In this document: positions 1-12,200 of the stretch, piece after piece
Position numbering within the stretch: position 1 is the first letter of the stretch
Layout of the letters: each line of letters opens with the position of its first letter
NCBI RefSeq assembly: GCF_006345805.1
Contig: NC_043001.1
Span: forward strand, 106,702,001-106,766,000
Source: Octopus sinensis
Taxonomy: Eukaryota
Length of the DNA stretch: 64,000 nucleotides
Direction of reading: 5' to 3'
The notes under the pieces: model-generated
Told to the model about the DNA's origin: nothing
Database searches by the model: none
The model's input: only the letters and a program-made list of their open reading frames with translations
Position numbers and translations under genes: made by a program

Positions 1-155
1 AGTCAATTTGCTTGGCAAAGCAGTGCCCTAGTATGGGCACAGTCAAATGACTGAAACAATCAAAAGATAATGGATATGTCTAACATGGCTTATAGTCCAA
101 AGAGGGTAACAACATACAGATAGCATTTATAAGGACAAAAGAAATAAAATTGTAC

Positions 156-208
156 CAGATTTCTTCTTGTAGTTTCTACTATTCTTCTGCGTCACTGGAG
201 ATTTATTT
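156..208 (-). CDS. NAF1: probable NAF1 exon 8
   Basis: ttttgcag|A-NKSPVTQKNSRNYKKKS-G|gtacaa; phase fits exon 7 but the donor is weak and there is no conserved motif. Confidence 0.55.
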
Positions 209-3200
209 CTGCAAAAATGATTTTTAAAAATATTAATAACTGATTTCAAAGAGAAAAAAGAAAATATGGTGGCTGTGTGGTAAGAAGCTTCTTTTCCAAC
301 CACATGGTTCCATGTTCAGTCCCACTGCATGGTACCTTGGGCAAATGTCTTCTACTACAGCCCCAGGCCAACCAAAGCCTTGTAAGTGGATCTGATAGAT
401 GGAAACTGAAAGAAGCCTATCGTGTGTGTGTATATATATAAAAGTGCACGAGTGGCTGTGTGGTAAGCCGCTTGCTTACCAACCACATGTTTCCGGGTAC
501 AGTCCCATTGTGTGGCACCTTGGGCAAGTGTCTTCTACTATCGCCCCAGGCCAACCAAAGCCTTGTAAGTGGATATGGTATATGAAAACTGAAAGAAGCC
601 CATACAATCGCTTGACAACCGATGTTGGTGTGCTTACATCATGTAACTTGGCAGTTCGGCAAAAGAGACCAATAGAATAAGTACTAGGCTTACAAAGAAT
701 AAGTCCTAGGGTCGGTTTGTTCATATAAAGGTGTTGCTCCAGCATGGTCACAGTCAAAAGACTGAAACAAGTAAAAGAGTATACTTTACACAGAACACAG
801 GCCTGGCTGTGTAGTTACGAGGCTTGTTTTGCAACCTCATAGCTTTGAGTTCAATCCAGTTGTGTGATATCTAGGGCAAGTATCTTCTACTATATAGCCC
901 TTGGTTGACCGATGCCTTGTGAGTGATTCTGTATACAGAAACTGAATGGAAGATCATTTGTGTGTGTGCATGTGTGTTTGGTTTGGTTTGGTTTATTTCT
1001 CGTCACCATTTAACTGGTGTTTGTTTTGGTCTCCAAAACTTAGTAGAATGGCAAGGGACTCCGATAAGGGACCACACTTGTACTGGGGCTGATTTGTTTG
1101 ACTATGCCCTTCGAGGCAGTGCCCCAGCATGGCCGCAGTCCACTGACTGAAGCAAGAGAAAGATCAAAGCTAAAATACGTGTATGTCTCCTAGATTTTAG
1201 GATGGTTATATCACATCCCTATTTTGTCATCAGAGGGAATTAAAAACGCTGACATCATGAAGAGTATTCAACCAGAAAATACAGCCTCACAAAGTCCCAT
1301 CCTACTCATGCCAGCATAGAAAAGTGGATACAAAAATGATGAGTGGGGTTTGTTATTATCATATTCTTTTGTTTCTTTCAGTCATTTGACTGCAACCATG
1401 CTGGAGCACCGCCTTTTAGTCAAACAAATCGTTCACCCCACACCTCGTACTGTTTCTACTTCGCAGATTTTCACCTACCGCGGCGTGTTTGCAATGTAAC
1501 ACTCGCCACAGTCGAGGGAGTTACTGTACCTCGAGTGTAACACTCGTAAATGGGCATTTAGTGCAATGGGAGGTAACCCATTCCATAGAGGGACGTAATT
1601 CCAGTTAAACCATTCGACAAATACAGACGAGGACTAGACTAAGTGATATACCGTATTTTAACGTGTATAAGCAACACTCGTTTTGGGGGCTTAAAATTTG
1701 GAAAAAAGGTTTTGTAAGGGATTATAATATTATCCATATATAAGAAACTCCCATATTTTTTTAACCTGATTTTTGACAAAAAAGGGTTCCTTATGTTAAA
1801 ATATGGAAATTGTTATGATTAACTAAAAATTCTTAAAACAATGCCCCAGCATGGCCACAGTCCAATGTCTGAATCCAATAAATAGAACAAGAACAAAATA
1901 ACAAATTCCTTACTTCAAATAGAATGGATTGTTGGAATCTTTCTTTCGGCGTGACTGGTTTTGACCGTCCTTGTTCGCATCATCACTTTCAGAATTGTCA
2001 TCATGGGGTTTCTTTTTATTCTTCTTCATCAAACGTTCTTGTTCATCGTCAGAATAATCTAAGAACTAAATGTGAAGCATACAAAACAAGATTTAAGAGA
2101 AAAAGAAAAGAGAGAAGAAATGGCAAAGAAATACAAGACCTCATAGAATTTACAAAAGATTCGTCCAACCCATGCTAGCATGGAAAGCGGACGTTAAACG
2201 ATGATGATGATGATGATGATTACAGATAACATCAGTTGGACCAGACACAAGAATCACAAAGTTTGGAAATTCTCAATTTCGTAACAATTTTTACAGGAAC
2301 CACCGAAAGACAGAGCTTGAATGTTACAGTAAGTAACCAGTAACATTAAGCACAGGATATTAATCTGAACAATCACCATTCGAGTATGGTCCATGCCAGT
2401 GCCGCCAGACTGGTCCAGGCACATAAAAAGAACCATTCGAGTGTGGTCATTGCCAGTGCTGCCTGATTGGCTCCCATGCCTGGGGCACGTAAAAAGCACC
2501 ATTCGAGTGTGGTTGTTGCTAGTGTCGCCTCTCTGGCTCCCATGCCGGTGGAACATAAAAAGCACCATTCAAGCATGGTCAATGCCAATACCTATTTCTT
2601 TATTACCCACAAGGGGCTAAAACAGAGGGGACAAACAAGGACAGACATAGGTATTAAGTCGATTACATCAACCCCAGTGCGTAACTGGTACTTAATTTAT
2701 CGACCCCGAAAGGATGAAAGGCAGTCGACCTCGGCGGAATTCGAACTCACAACGTAACGCAGACGAAATACCGCTAAGCATTTCGCCCGGCGTGCTAACA
2801 TTCCTGCCAGCTCCGCCTGATTGGAACCCATGCCAGTGGCAAGTAAAAAGCACCCACTATATTATCGGAGTGGTTGGTATTATGAAGAGCATCCAGCTAT
2901 AGAAACTTTGGTAGATCAGATCGGAGCCTGGTGCAGCCTTCTGGCTTGTCAGTCCTCAGTCAAACCATGCAACCCATGTCCTCTTGACGACCATTGTCAG
3001 GTACAGGCATGGCTGCATAATAAAAGGAGCTCATTGAGATGAGCTGCTGGATTACTCTGTCAAATGTGATGCTTATTTATTCACACTGTTTGGAATTAAT
3101 CATGGATTATATCATAGCTTCAAGATTTTGATGATGTAATTGTTGAGTTTTAGAATGACATTGTAGGGTTGGTGTGAGAGGTTGAATCTGACCAATTTGA

Positions 3201-6200
3201 AAATAAAACAAATAGAATATTGGGTCAGAAATGGCAAAAATGAGTTGGACCAGTATTGTAGTTCAAGGGCCAGCCATGTCACATTTTGTGCAACACTGAA
3301 TCTCCCTGAGAACTACATTAAGGGTTCACTTGTCTGTGGTGTATTCAACCACTGGCACATTAACTTCATGAGCAGGCATTCCATTGATTGGATCAACTGG
3401 AAACCTTGTTGTTATAACTGATGGAGAGCTTCAGTAATTAAACCAGTCATATCCAGCCAAAATATTCTGCCTGTTTTATATTCACACTGGCCAGATCCAA
3501 CCTCTTGCCCCAACCCTTAAATATCATTCTAAATATTAGCAGTTACCTCATCAAAATCTCAAAGCTACAAGATAATGCAAGCTTAATTCAAAACTATGTG
3601 AATAAAGAAGCAATCTATTTGACAGAATAGTGTGACCGCTAAAGGGTTAAAGTTATACTTGGACCATTTTGAATGTTAGCAGGCCAGAATTGTTTACATG
3701 CCACACAAAATGCTTAGAGACATTTCTTCTGGCTTTACACTTTGAGTTCAAATCCTGCCAAGATGAACTTTGCCTTTCATCCTGTCAGAGACGAGCACTG
3801 GGGTTGATATAATGAACTGGTATGTCCCCCAAAATTTCAAACCCTTGGACTACACCAGGTGCAATTACTTGGGACCTGAAAAAACAGCTTTGTCTGAATT
3901 AATTTAATGGGCTTTAACTAGCCATTTGACCATGGAGTAGAAATACCAGGCGTTATGAAACTACTTAACTACCGAAAGATTTTGAGTGGCTCAGCTATAG
4001 TAAAATACATTTACAATAATTAACAAAGAGTCTTAATAAGATCTTTTATGACACAATAAAAGGTGATTTGCACCAATCAGTTTATATTTAGGCTTAAGGA
4101 ATAAAGAAAAAAACCAATAACAAGAAAAGCATTCTAACCTTTTCTGGAGGTTCCAAGTCATGTTCCCAAGATGCATCAGAACCCTTTTGTCTAGAGAGAG
4201 AGAGAGGGAAAAAAACGGGGGAGAATCACAAAGTGAATTATTTCTTGAAAAGGAAAAAAAAAAGATATCAGCCAAACAATTTAAGACTACAATGAATTAT
4301 TAACTCAAAATTAAAAAGAAAAAAAAACACATTTGAGCGAGGTCATTGCCAGTGCCGCTGGACTGGCTCCTGTGCAGGTGGCACGTAAAAAACACCATTT
4401 GAGCGTGGCTGTTGCCAGTAGCGCCTGACTGGCCCTCGTGCTAGTAGGGTGAAAAGAGCACCATTCGAGCGTGATCGTTACCAGCGTAGTCTTACTGGCA
4501 CCTATGCCGGTGGCATGTGTAAAAAGATTCGAGTGAGATCGTTGCCAGTACCGCCTGACTGGACCCCATGCCAGTGGCACGTATAAAGCACCCAGTACAC
4601 TCTCGGAGTGGTTGGCATCCAGCTGTAGAAACTCTGCCAGATCAAGATTGGAGCCTGGTGCAGCCATCTGGTTCGCCAGCCCTCAGTCAAAATCGTCCAG
4701 CCCATGCTAGCATGGAAAGCGGACATTAAACGATGATGATGATGTATGTTTCTTCAGTATCTTGTCCATTTGGCTTTATGCTTGTTCAGCTTCTTGTCCT
4801 TCGGCAAAATTGCATTCGGCATCCCATCCGTGTACCTATGATTTAGGTGAGGTGCATGGAACCATTTACTGACCCCCTAACAATTCCATTTATTGATCTC
4901 TCTCGGTCAACTTCTATTTGGTGTACTAGACACATTTCAAAACATTCTTTCACGTATATTCCATCTACAGCTTTAGAAACTATTCTCTTCAGAAAGTTTT
5001 CTACTATAAATCAGGACAGTGATTTCTAAAACTGCAAAATATCCAGTATTTATCCATGTGGAAGATTTTGCTGTTTTGTAAACTTTTCTAATGCAGGCCA
5101 GCAGGAAAAAGTGGGCATAAAAGCAATCTTGATAACCTCTTAAACCAATCTGTCTACTTCTTACCACGCTGACCACTGCTTCTCTTTGTAGGCATAACAT
5201 GTAAGATATCTTTTGGAACAACCACTTGTCTTTCAGTTCTATATTCAAGTGATGAGGAATTATGTACATTATTTACATTAATGAAGGCTGGAGGGTATAT
5301 CAGCCGAAACATTGTGTTAACAACAAACAAGATGAGGACAAATATCCATCAAATATAAATAATGAACCACTTGTCTGAATACCAGAGAATTCCACTCCAA
5401 TGACTCCATCCTGACTAATAACAGCACCAACCTAACTTACTTCACAAACCTAACACAATGAAACTCCTATTCAACAAGTTTTGGAAAAAATTCCTTTTAT
5501 TTTGTTACATTCCGAGTCAAAAGTTACATAAAAGCAGAAACTTACTTCATTAAGTCCTGTACAAACACGTAGTTTGTATACTTCATCTCTTTAGGGGCAT
5601 AGTAAATTTCTGTGCCAACTTTCAAACCCTTTTCTTCGATATCTTGAGTGGTGTTAAACCGAACAGAATACAAAGGGTTCCGTACAGGACCAAATATTTC
5701 AAACACCTGTTAGAAATTAGAAAAAAGAAAAGGTAAAAGAAAATTACAGGTAAACTGCTTAATCAACATTTCACTGCTCCAACATGAAAACCAATTTAGC
5801 CCTGCAAGAATGGCAAAAATGGATGGGAATTCATTTTATTGGTTGCTTAGTTGACACACTTCATTGTATCATCATTTTCATACACTGTATTAAAAGGAAA
5901 AAAAGTTTTAACAAGTGAAACAGTGTAATCCAGGACAAACAGGCAATGTTCTATGTTTACAGATTTCACATGATTTTCCTTCAACAAAGGGCCCAGCCCC
6001 AAAACGTCAGACATCATCTCTTCCACATGGCAAACTAACTTCTTTCTGTTTTAACCGTTTATATTCATTACTTTTTTTTTTGCATTCTATTTTTCATATT
6101 TACACCTGTTTCAGTCATTAAACTGCAGCCTTGCTGAAGAATTTTGGTCAAAAGAATCAACTCCAGAACATATTTTTTTTAAGCCTGGTATTGATTTCAT

Positions 6201-9200
6201 CAGTCTCTTTTCCCAAACTGCTAAGTTAATGAGGACATAAACACATCAACACCAAATGTCAAGCAGTAGTGGAGAACAAACATACACACACATACATACA
6301 TATATACACAACAGGGTTCTTTCAGTTTCCATCTACCAAATCCACTCACAAGGCTTTGATCAGCCTGAGGCTATAGTAGAAGACATTTGCCCAAGTTTCC
6401 ATGCAATGGGACTGAACCTGGAACTATGTGGTGGGGAAGCAAACTTCATACCACACAGCCAAGCTGACACCTATATTCCTTTGTTTCAATCATTTGATTT
6501 AATAGTTAAACGAAGGTTACACTGTCATCAAGAGATTCCAAACCAACTCAAAGGAAATCAAATTTTGGGATTACTTGACAACAGTGTAACCTTCATTTAA
6601 CTAAGGTATCTTCAGCCTGATGAGTAGCTAGTGGAATATTCCTCTTTGAGTAATTATTATTTTCAAGGTTCTACTAGCTAGGAAACATATGCAGCCTGGA
6701 TCTTACTGGCTCCATTCCCTCAATTTAGATTGTGTGTGTGTGTGTGTGCATTTCTACCTAATTCACTGTTTGACAAATTGATTAGTTTATTTCCCCATGA
6801 CTTAGCAGTTTGGCAAAAGAGCCCAATAGGATAAGTACCTGTCTTAAATAGAAACTAGGTACTGAAGTTAGTTTGTTTCACTAAGGCTGTGCTCCAGCAT
6901 GGCTACAGTCCAATGACTGAAACAAGTAGAAAAGATTAATGATATAAAAAAAAATAAACCATAAACAACATCCAGAAATTTGTAAAAGAGTCATTTCTAG
7001 AATCTTCCTACCTGTCCCAAGGAGGTTCGGTCCTCTAGAAACAATATGCTGTCATCGTTGAGTGGAGAAGTTTCCGAATCAAGAGACTGGATTACAACTG
7101 GAAAACAATTCAAGTAAAAATGAGACACTGAAAGATATACAGAAAAATGGTTCCATATTCTACATTTTGCCAACCTGTCTTGCCAAAAGGAACCAATAGT
7201 ATAAGGAGCAGACTTGAAGAGAAACTTAACTGTTGGGGTCAATGTCTTCAACAAAAACCCTTCAAAGTGGTGCCCCAGCATGGACACAGTCCAATGATTG
7301 AAAAGAACAAAAGATATGTGTGTATACAGGTCTATGCAACTGTGTATGTTACCCCATATGTGGGTGAGTGTTTGAAAGGAGGGATGGAAGGGCATCTTCA
7401 CACCCTATTCAGTAGCTTTCTGTTTACTCAAGTTTGTAACCCCACCAAACATGGCTATTGTAATAACCCTTCATAAAACAGCTCAACCTTCCACAAGAAA
7501 GAAAAACAGAACCAATCTCTTCAAAAGTATAAATTTCTTTTATTTTTTTTGAGATTTAGATATTTTTAAAAAGAACTTCGAATAAAAACACTAATTCTTT
7601 TTACATTTTTCAAATTTACTTTATCCATATTGGTGTCGAAGAATATTGTTAAAATTCATTGGCTAAGTTGAGCTCAGTTTAAATAAACCCTTGATTCAGA
7701 ATGAAATGATTTGTTTTAAGCATCCTTGATAAGAATCAACTTTAGACTGTGACAAGAGCTAAGAATGATCTTTAATGAGAGCAATCAACCTGCATGAAAT
7801 AGGTGGTAAATCTCCTTCAAACCACACCCTAGCATCTTAAGAAAGAATAGACTGGATATTGTAGTGTCTGACAAAAGTCAGGATGGTCATGGTTTGAATG
7901 CTTTTGGTCATAGTTCCACTGAATAAGTGCTAAATCACAGCCACCATATTTTCTGACATACAAATCATTGTAATGTAAACATTCGAACATCATTACTGTA
8001 TCCTTCAAAATCCTGCTGCATTTCATGCAGGAATTTTGGTCCTCCAAAGTCATCTTGATGTATAAGTCATCATACTTGTTTTGGCTGTAAATTTTGGTCC
8101 GAAGAATTCCACTTATATGCCAGAAAATATGGCAAATATTAATAACATTTATAAAGTAGATTATATCTGTTTACTTTATATGTCTACATAAACCCTTTCA
8201 TTACCATCCTGGCTGAAACCAGCTCTGGCTCTGAGTACAAATGTCTTGTTTTCATAAGTTCTGAATTAAAATCTTCCACCAAACCTTAGTCACAATTTAT
8301 GTTCCTAATACTAGCTTAATGATAACTAAGTTATTTTACGAAATTCTTAGTTATATTTAAAGTAATTGAAAGAAACACAGAGCATCTCAAAATAAATACA
8401 GTAACAAAAGGGTTAACACACATATCTCTCTTGTCCAAATTTTCTTCCAGTGCTTTTCATCTCCAAAAATTTTCTAGGCTGAGTCATGCTCAACTCTTGT
8501 TATAATAAATATTACAGAACTCAATGAAGCACAAACAAATTTCAAATAATTCTAGGTTTTGCCCGTTCCCCTCCTATCCTGTATCTCATTTATCACATTT
8601 CTATCAAGCAAAAAGCTCTAATTAAACCATAATACTTACCAAGTGTGTCTATGATAGTGGAAATCAACCCAACACATACAAGCTCCACATTGTCGTCTGC
8701 AGTTATCTTCAGTTCTTCAATAGGAGGAAGATCCTTTAAAGAAAAAAGTATGTAAGTGATATAGACCCTATATACCAAAAATTTGAACCCTACTCATGGC
8801 TACATTCATCATTTATCATCTGTTTTCCATGCTGGCATGGGTGGGACGGTTTGACAGGAGCTTGTAAGCCAGGGAGCTGCATCCGGTTCCAGTCATCTGT
8901 TTTACTTTACAGAATGCCCTGGATGCTTTTCACATGGTGCCAGCACATACCAACATTCAATATAACACAGTAAGGCAGCAAACTGGCAGAATTGTTACCA
9001 AACTGAGGTAAAAGCTTAGCAGCATTTTGCCTGTCCTAACGTTCCGAGTTCAAATTTCGCTAAGGTCTACTTTGCTGTTTGTTTCTACAGTTGGATATAT
9101 TAGCAGTGAAAATATTGGGGAGATTGGGAGAGAGATTCTTTAGCATTTAAGCCAGCCTTAAATGGTCCAGGAATTCTATTGGTTTTATGTTCAAACTGAC

Positions 9201-12200
9201 CAGATCTACTCTTTCACATCTACCCTATAATGTCCTTCTAAATATAAACAATCACATTTTTGAAATCCTGAAGTTATGAGATAATGAAGGATTAATTAAA
9301 AATAATGTGAATACAGAAGGAAGAAGTGTGACTGCAATAGTCTACAAGATCTCCAAGATTGTGAGGAAAGCAAAGGCAAACAGACTGGAGGTCTGTTCCA
9401 TACACTCTTGCAAAGGAGTGGTCTGCTACAAGCACCAAGTGTCAAATGGTACAAGTAAAAAGCCAAGCAACTGATTAAGTCTGATACCAATTTCTATACC
9501 AAATGAATGTGTAGAATGACAAGCAAGTGACACCCGTAGCACCACTTTGGTTAATAGCTTAGGAGTGAAACCTGAGAAAGGAAGCTGTACAAAAGCCCCT
9601 TCTACGTAAACAAGTATCATCATCATCGTTTAACATCTGTTTTCCATGCTAGCATGAGTTGGACGGTTCGACCGGGGTCTGGGAAGCCAGGAGACTGCAC
9701 CAGGCTTCAGTTGATCTGGCAGTGTTTCTACAGCTGGATGCCCTTCCTAATGCCAACCACTCCATGAGTGTAGTGGGTGCTTTTTACGTGCCACCAGCAC
9801 AGGTGCCAGGGGAGGCTGGCAACGGCCATGATCGGTTGGTGCTTTTTATGTGCCACCGGCACGGAAGCCAGTCATGGCGGCGCTGGCATCGACCATGTTC
9901 AGATGGTGCCTTTTCACGTGCCACCAGCACAGGTATAAATACAGATATATACTAGAGCTATGGTGTATATCTACACCAGATTATCTTTTGCTGATGTCTT
10001 TTGTGGAGGAGAAAGCCAATGTCATCATCATTTGACTTCCATGTTCCATGCTAGCCTGGGTGAGATAGTACCACAAGAGCTGGCCAGGCTAAAGCCTGCA
10101 CCAGACTTCTGTAACTGTTTTGGCACGATTTTTACAGCTGGACGCCCTTCCTAACACTAACCACTCAGCAGAGGGACTTAGTGTGTTTTATGTGGCACAC
10201 GCACAGATGAGTTGTGCTTTTTACACGGCACTTTTTTTAATGTGTTTAAAACAAAAATCCTTGTGGTATTTATTCCACCCTGTGATGCACAGGCATCCTT
10301 TATCAACCAATGATTGACTAAGAAATCTATAACCAAGTCCACAAAAATCCATCTTGTAGTTGCAGACATGGCTGCGGGTTTAAGAAGTTCATTTTGCAAC
10401 CACATGCACCTTGGGCAGTTGTGTCTTCTATTATAGCCCCAGGCTGACCAATGCCTTGTGAGAAAATTCAGCAGACAGAAGTTGTCGTGTGTCACCATTT
10501 TAATGTTCACTTTTTCATGCTTGCACAGGTCGGACAGAGTTTACTGAGGCAGAATTTCCATGTCCTTCTTACTGCTGACCCTCACCGGTTTCCAAGCAAA
10601 TATACTCTATAACCAGACCAAGTTCATACAGAATATTGGAAATGAAAGTGGAAGCTTGTATAACAGCGTCAATCATGTAACGTATATACAATGGGCTTCT
10701 TTCAGTTTCTGTCTACTAAATCCAGTCAGAAGGCTTTAGTCACTTGCTCAAGGTGTCATGCAGTGGGACTGAACCCAGAACTATGTGGCTGAAAAGCAAA
10801 CTTACCACACAACCACGCCTGCACCTATCATCATCATTTAACGTCCACTTTCCATGCCGGCATGGGTTAGATGGTTTGAGTGACAAGCTGGAGAGCTGCA
10901 CCAGGTTCCAGTCTGATTTGATATGGTTTCAACAGCTGGATGTCCTTCCTAATGCCAACCACTCCAAGAGTGTAATGGGTGGTTTTTTTACATGCCAACA
11001 GAACATCGGCAACGACCACAACTACAATTTCACAGGTGATGTCTGTCTGTAAGTTTGTGTTCCCCCCACTACACAAATTGGTTTTTGTACATCCCCATAA
11101 TTTAGTGATTCAGCAAAAAAGACTGGTAGAACAATCATCATCATCATCGTTTAACGTCCGCTTTCCATGCTGGCATGGGTTGGACAGTTTGACTGAGGAC
11201 TGGCAAGCCAAGAGGCTGTACCAGGCTCAAATCTGATCTGGCAAGATTTCTACAGCTGGATGCCCTTCCTAACTTAAAGATCCTGGGCTTGATTTGTTCA
11301 ACTAAACTGTTCAAGGTGGTGCCCCAGCATGGCTGCAGTCTAAAACAAGTAAAAAGTAAAAGAAATTTTGAAATAAATATTTCTAGACGAGTCTTACCTC
11401 AATACTTAATTCTCCTTTCACTTTAGGCTTTTCAATAGTTTTCTTCTCCCTAAAATGTCAAAGAACAAAATTTTAAACCATGGTGAAATTTTGAATTAAA
11501 TTAGAATTTCAGGAGATAGAATTTCCTACACAAACTTAATAAGACAGCTGAGCAAACTTTAACCCTTTTGATACCAACCCGGGGAAACCAGCTCTGGCTC
11601 TGAGTACAAATGTGTTGTTTTCATAAGTTCTGAATTAAAATCTGCCACCAAACCTTAGTTTCAATCTATGTTCCTAACACTAACTTGATGATGACTAAGT
11701 TAGTTTACTTAATTCTTTGTTATATTTAAAATTAATTGAAGGAAACACAGAGCATCTGTAAAGAAATACAACAACGAAAGGGTTAAACAACAGATTTTCT
11801 TTATACATAAAAATCTTTTCTATCAAAGGTACAAAGCCTGAAATTCAGGTGGGGAAACAAGTCTAGTACTCAACTAGCATTTATTTTATCAACCCCAAAA
11901 GGATGAGAAGTAAAGTTGACTTTGTTGGAATTTGAACTCAGAATGTAAATTGAGAATAAATGCTGTTAAGCATTTTGTCCAGGAGGAAGGAAGAGTGGAA
12001 GACCTCAAACCGGAGACTGTGCCTGAATGCTTACAACAGAGAAGACCCCTTCAACAAAGTCACCCAATGTGCCATGTGGTGGGTTAAGTGAACCATCCAA
12101 GAAACCCATGGTAGGATTTGAACTCAGTTTGTAGAATTGAATGAACACTGCACAGCCTCCATCCTAATGTTCTTAGGAGCTGGGTATATTAACCCTTTAG

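Noticed and set aside
5770-6050. Intronic snoRNA in NAF1
   Set aside because: Only scattered C/D-like words; no terminal stem, H/ACA hairpins or recognisable guide.
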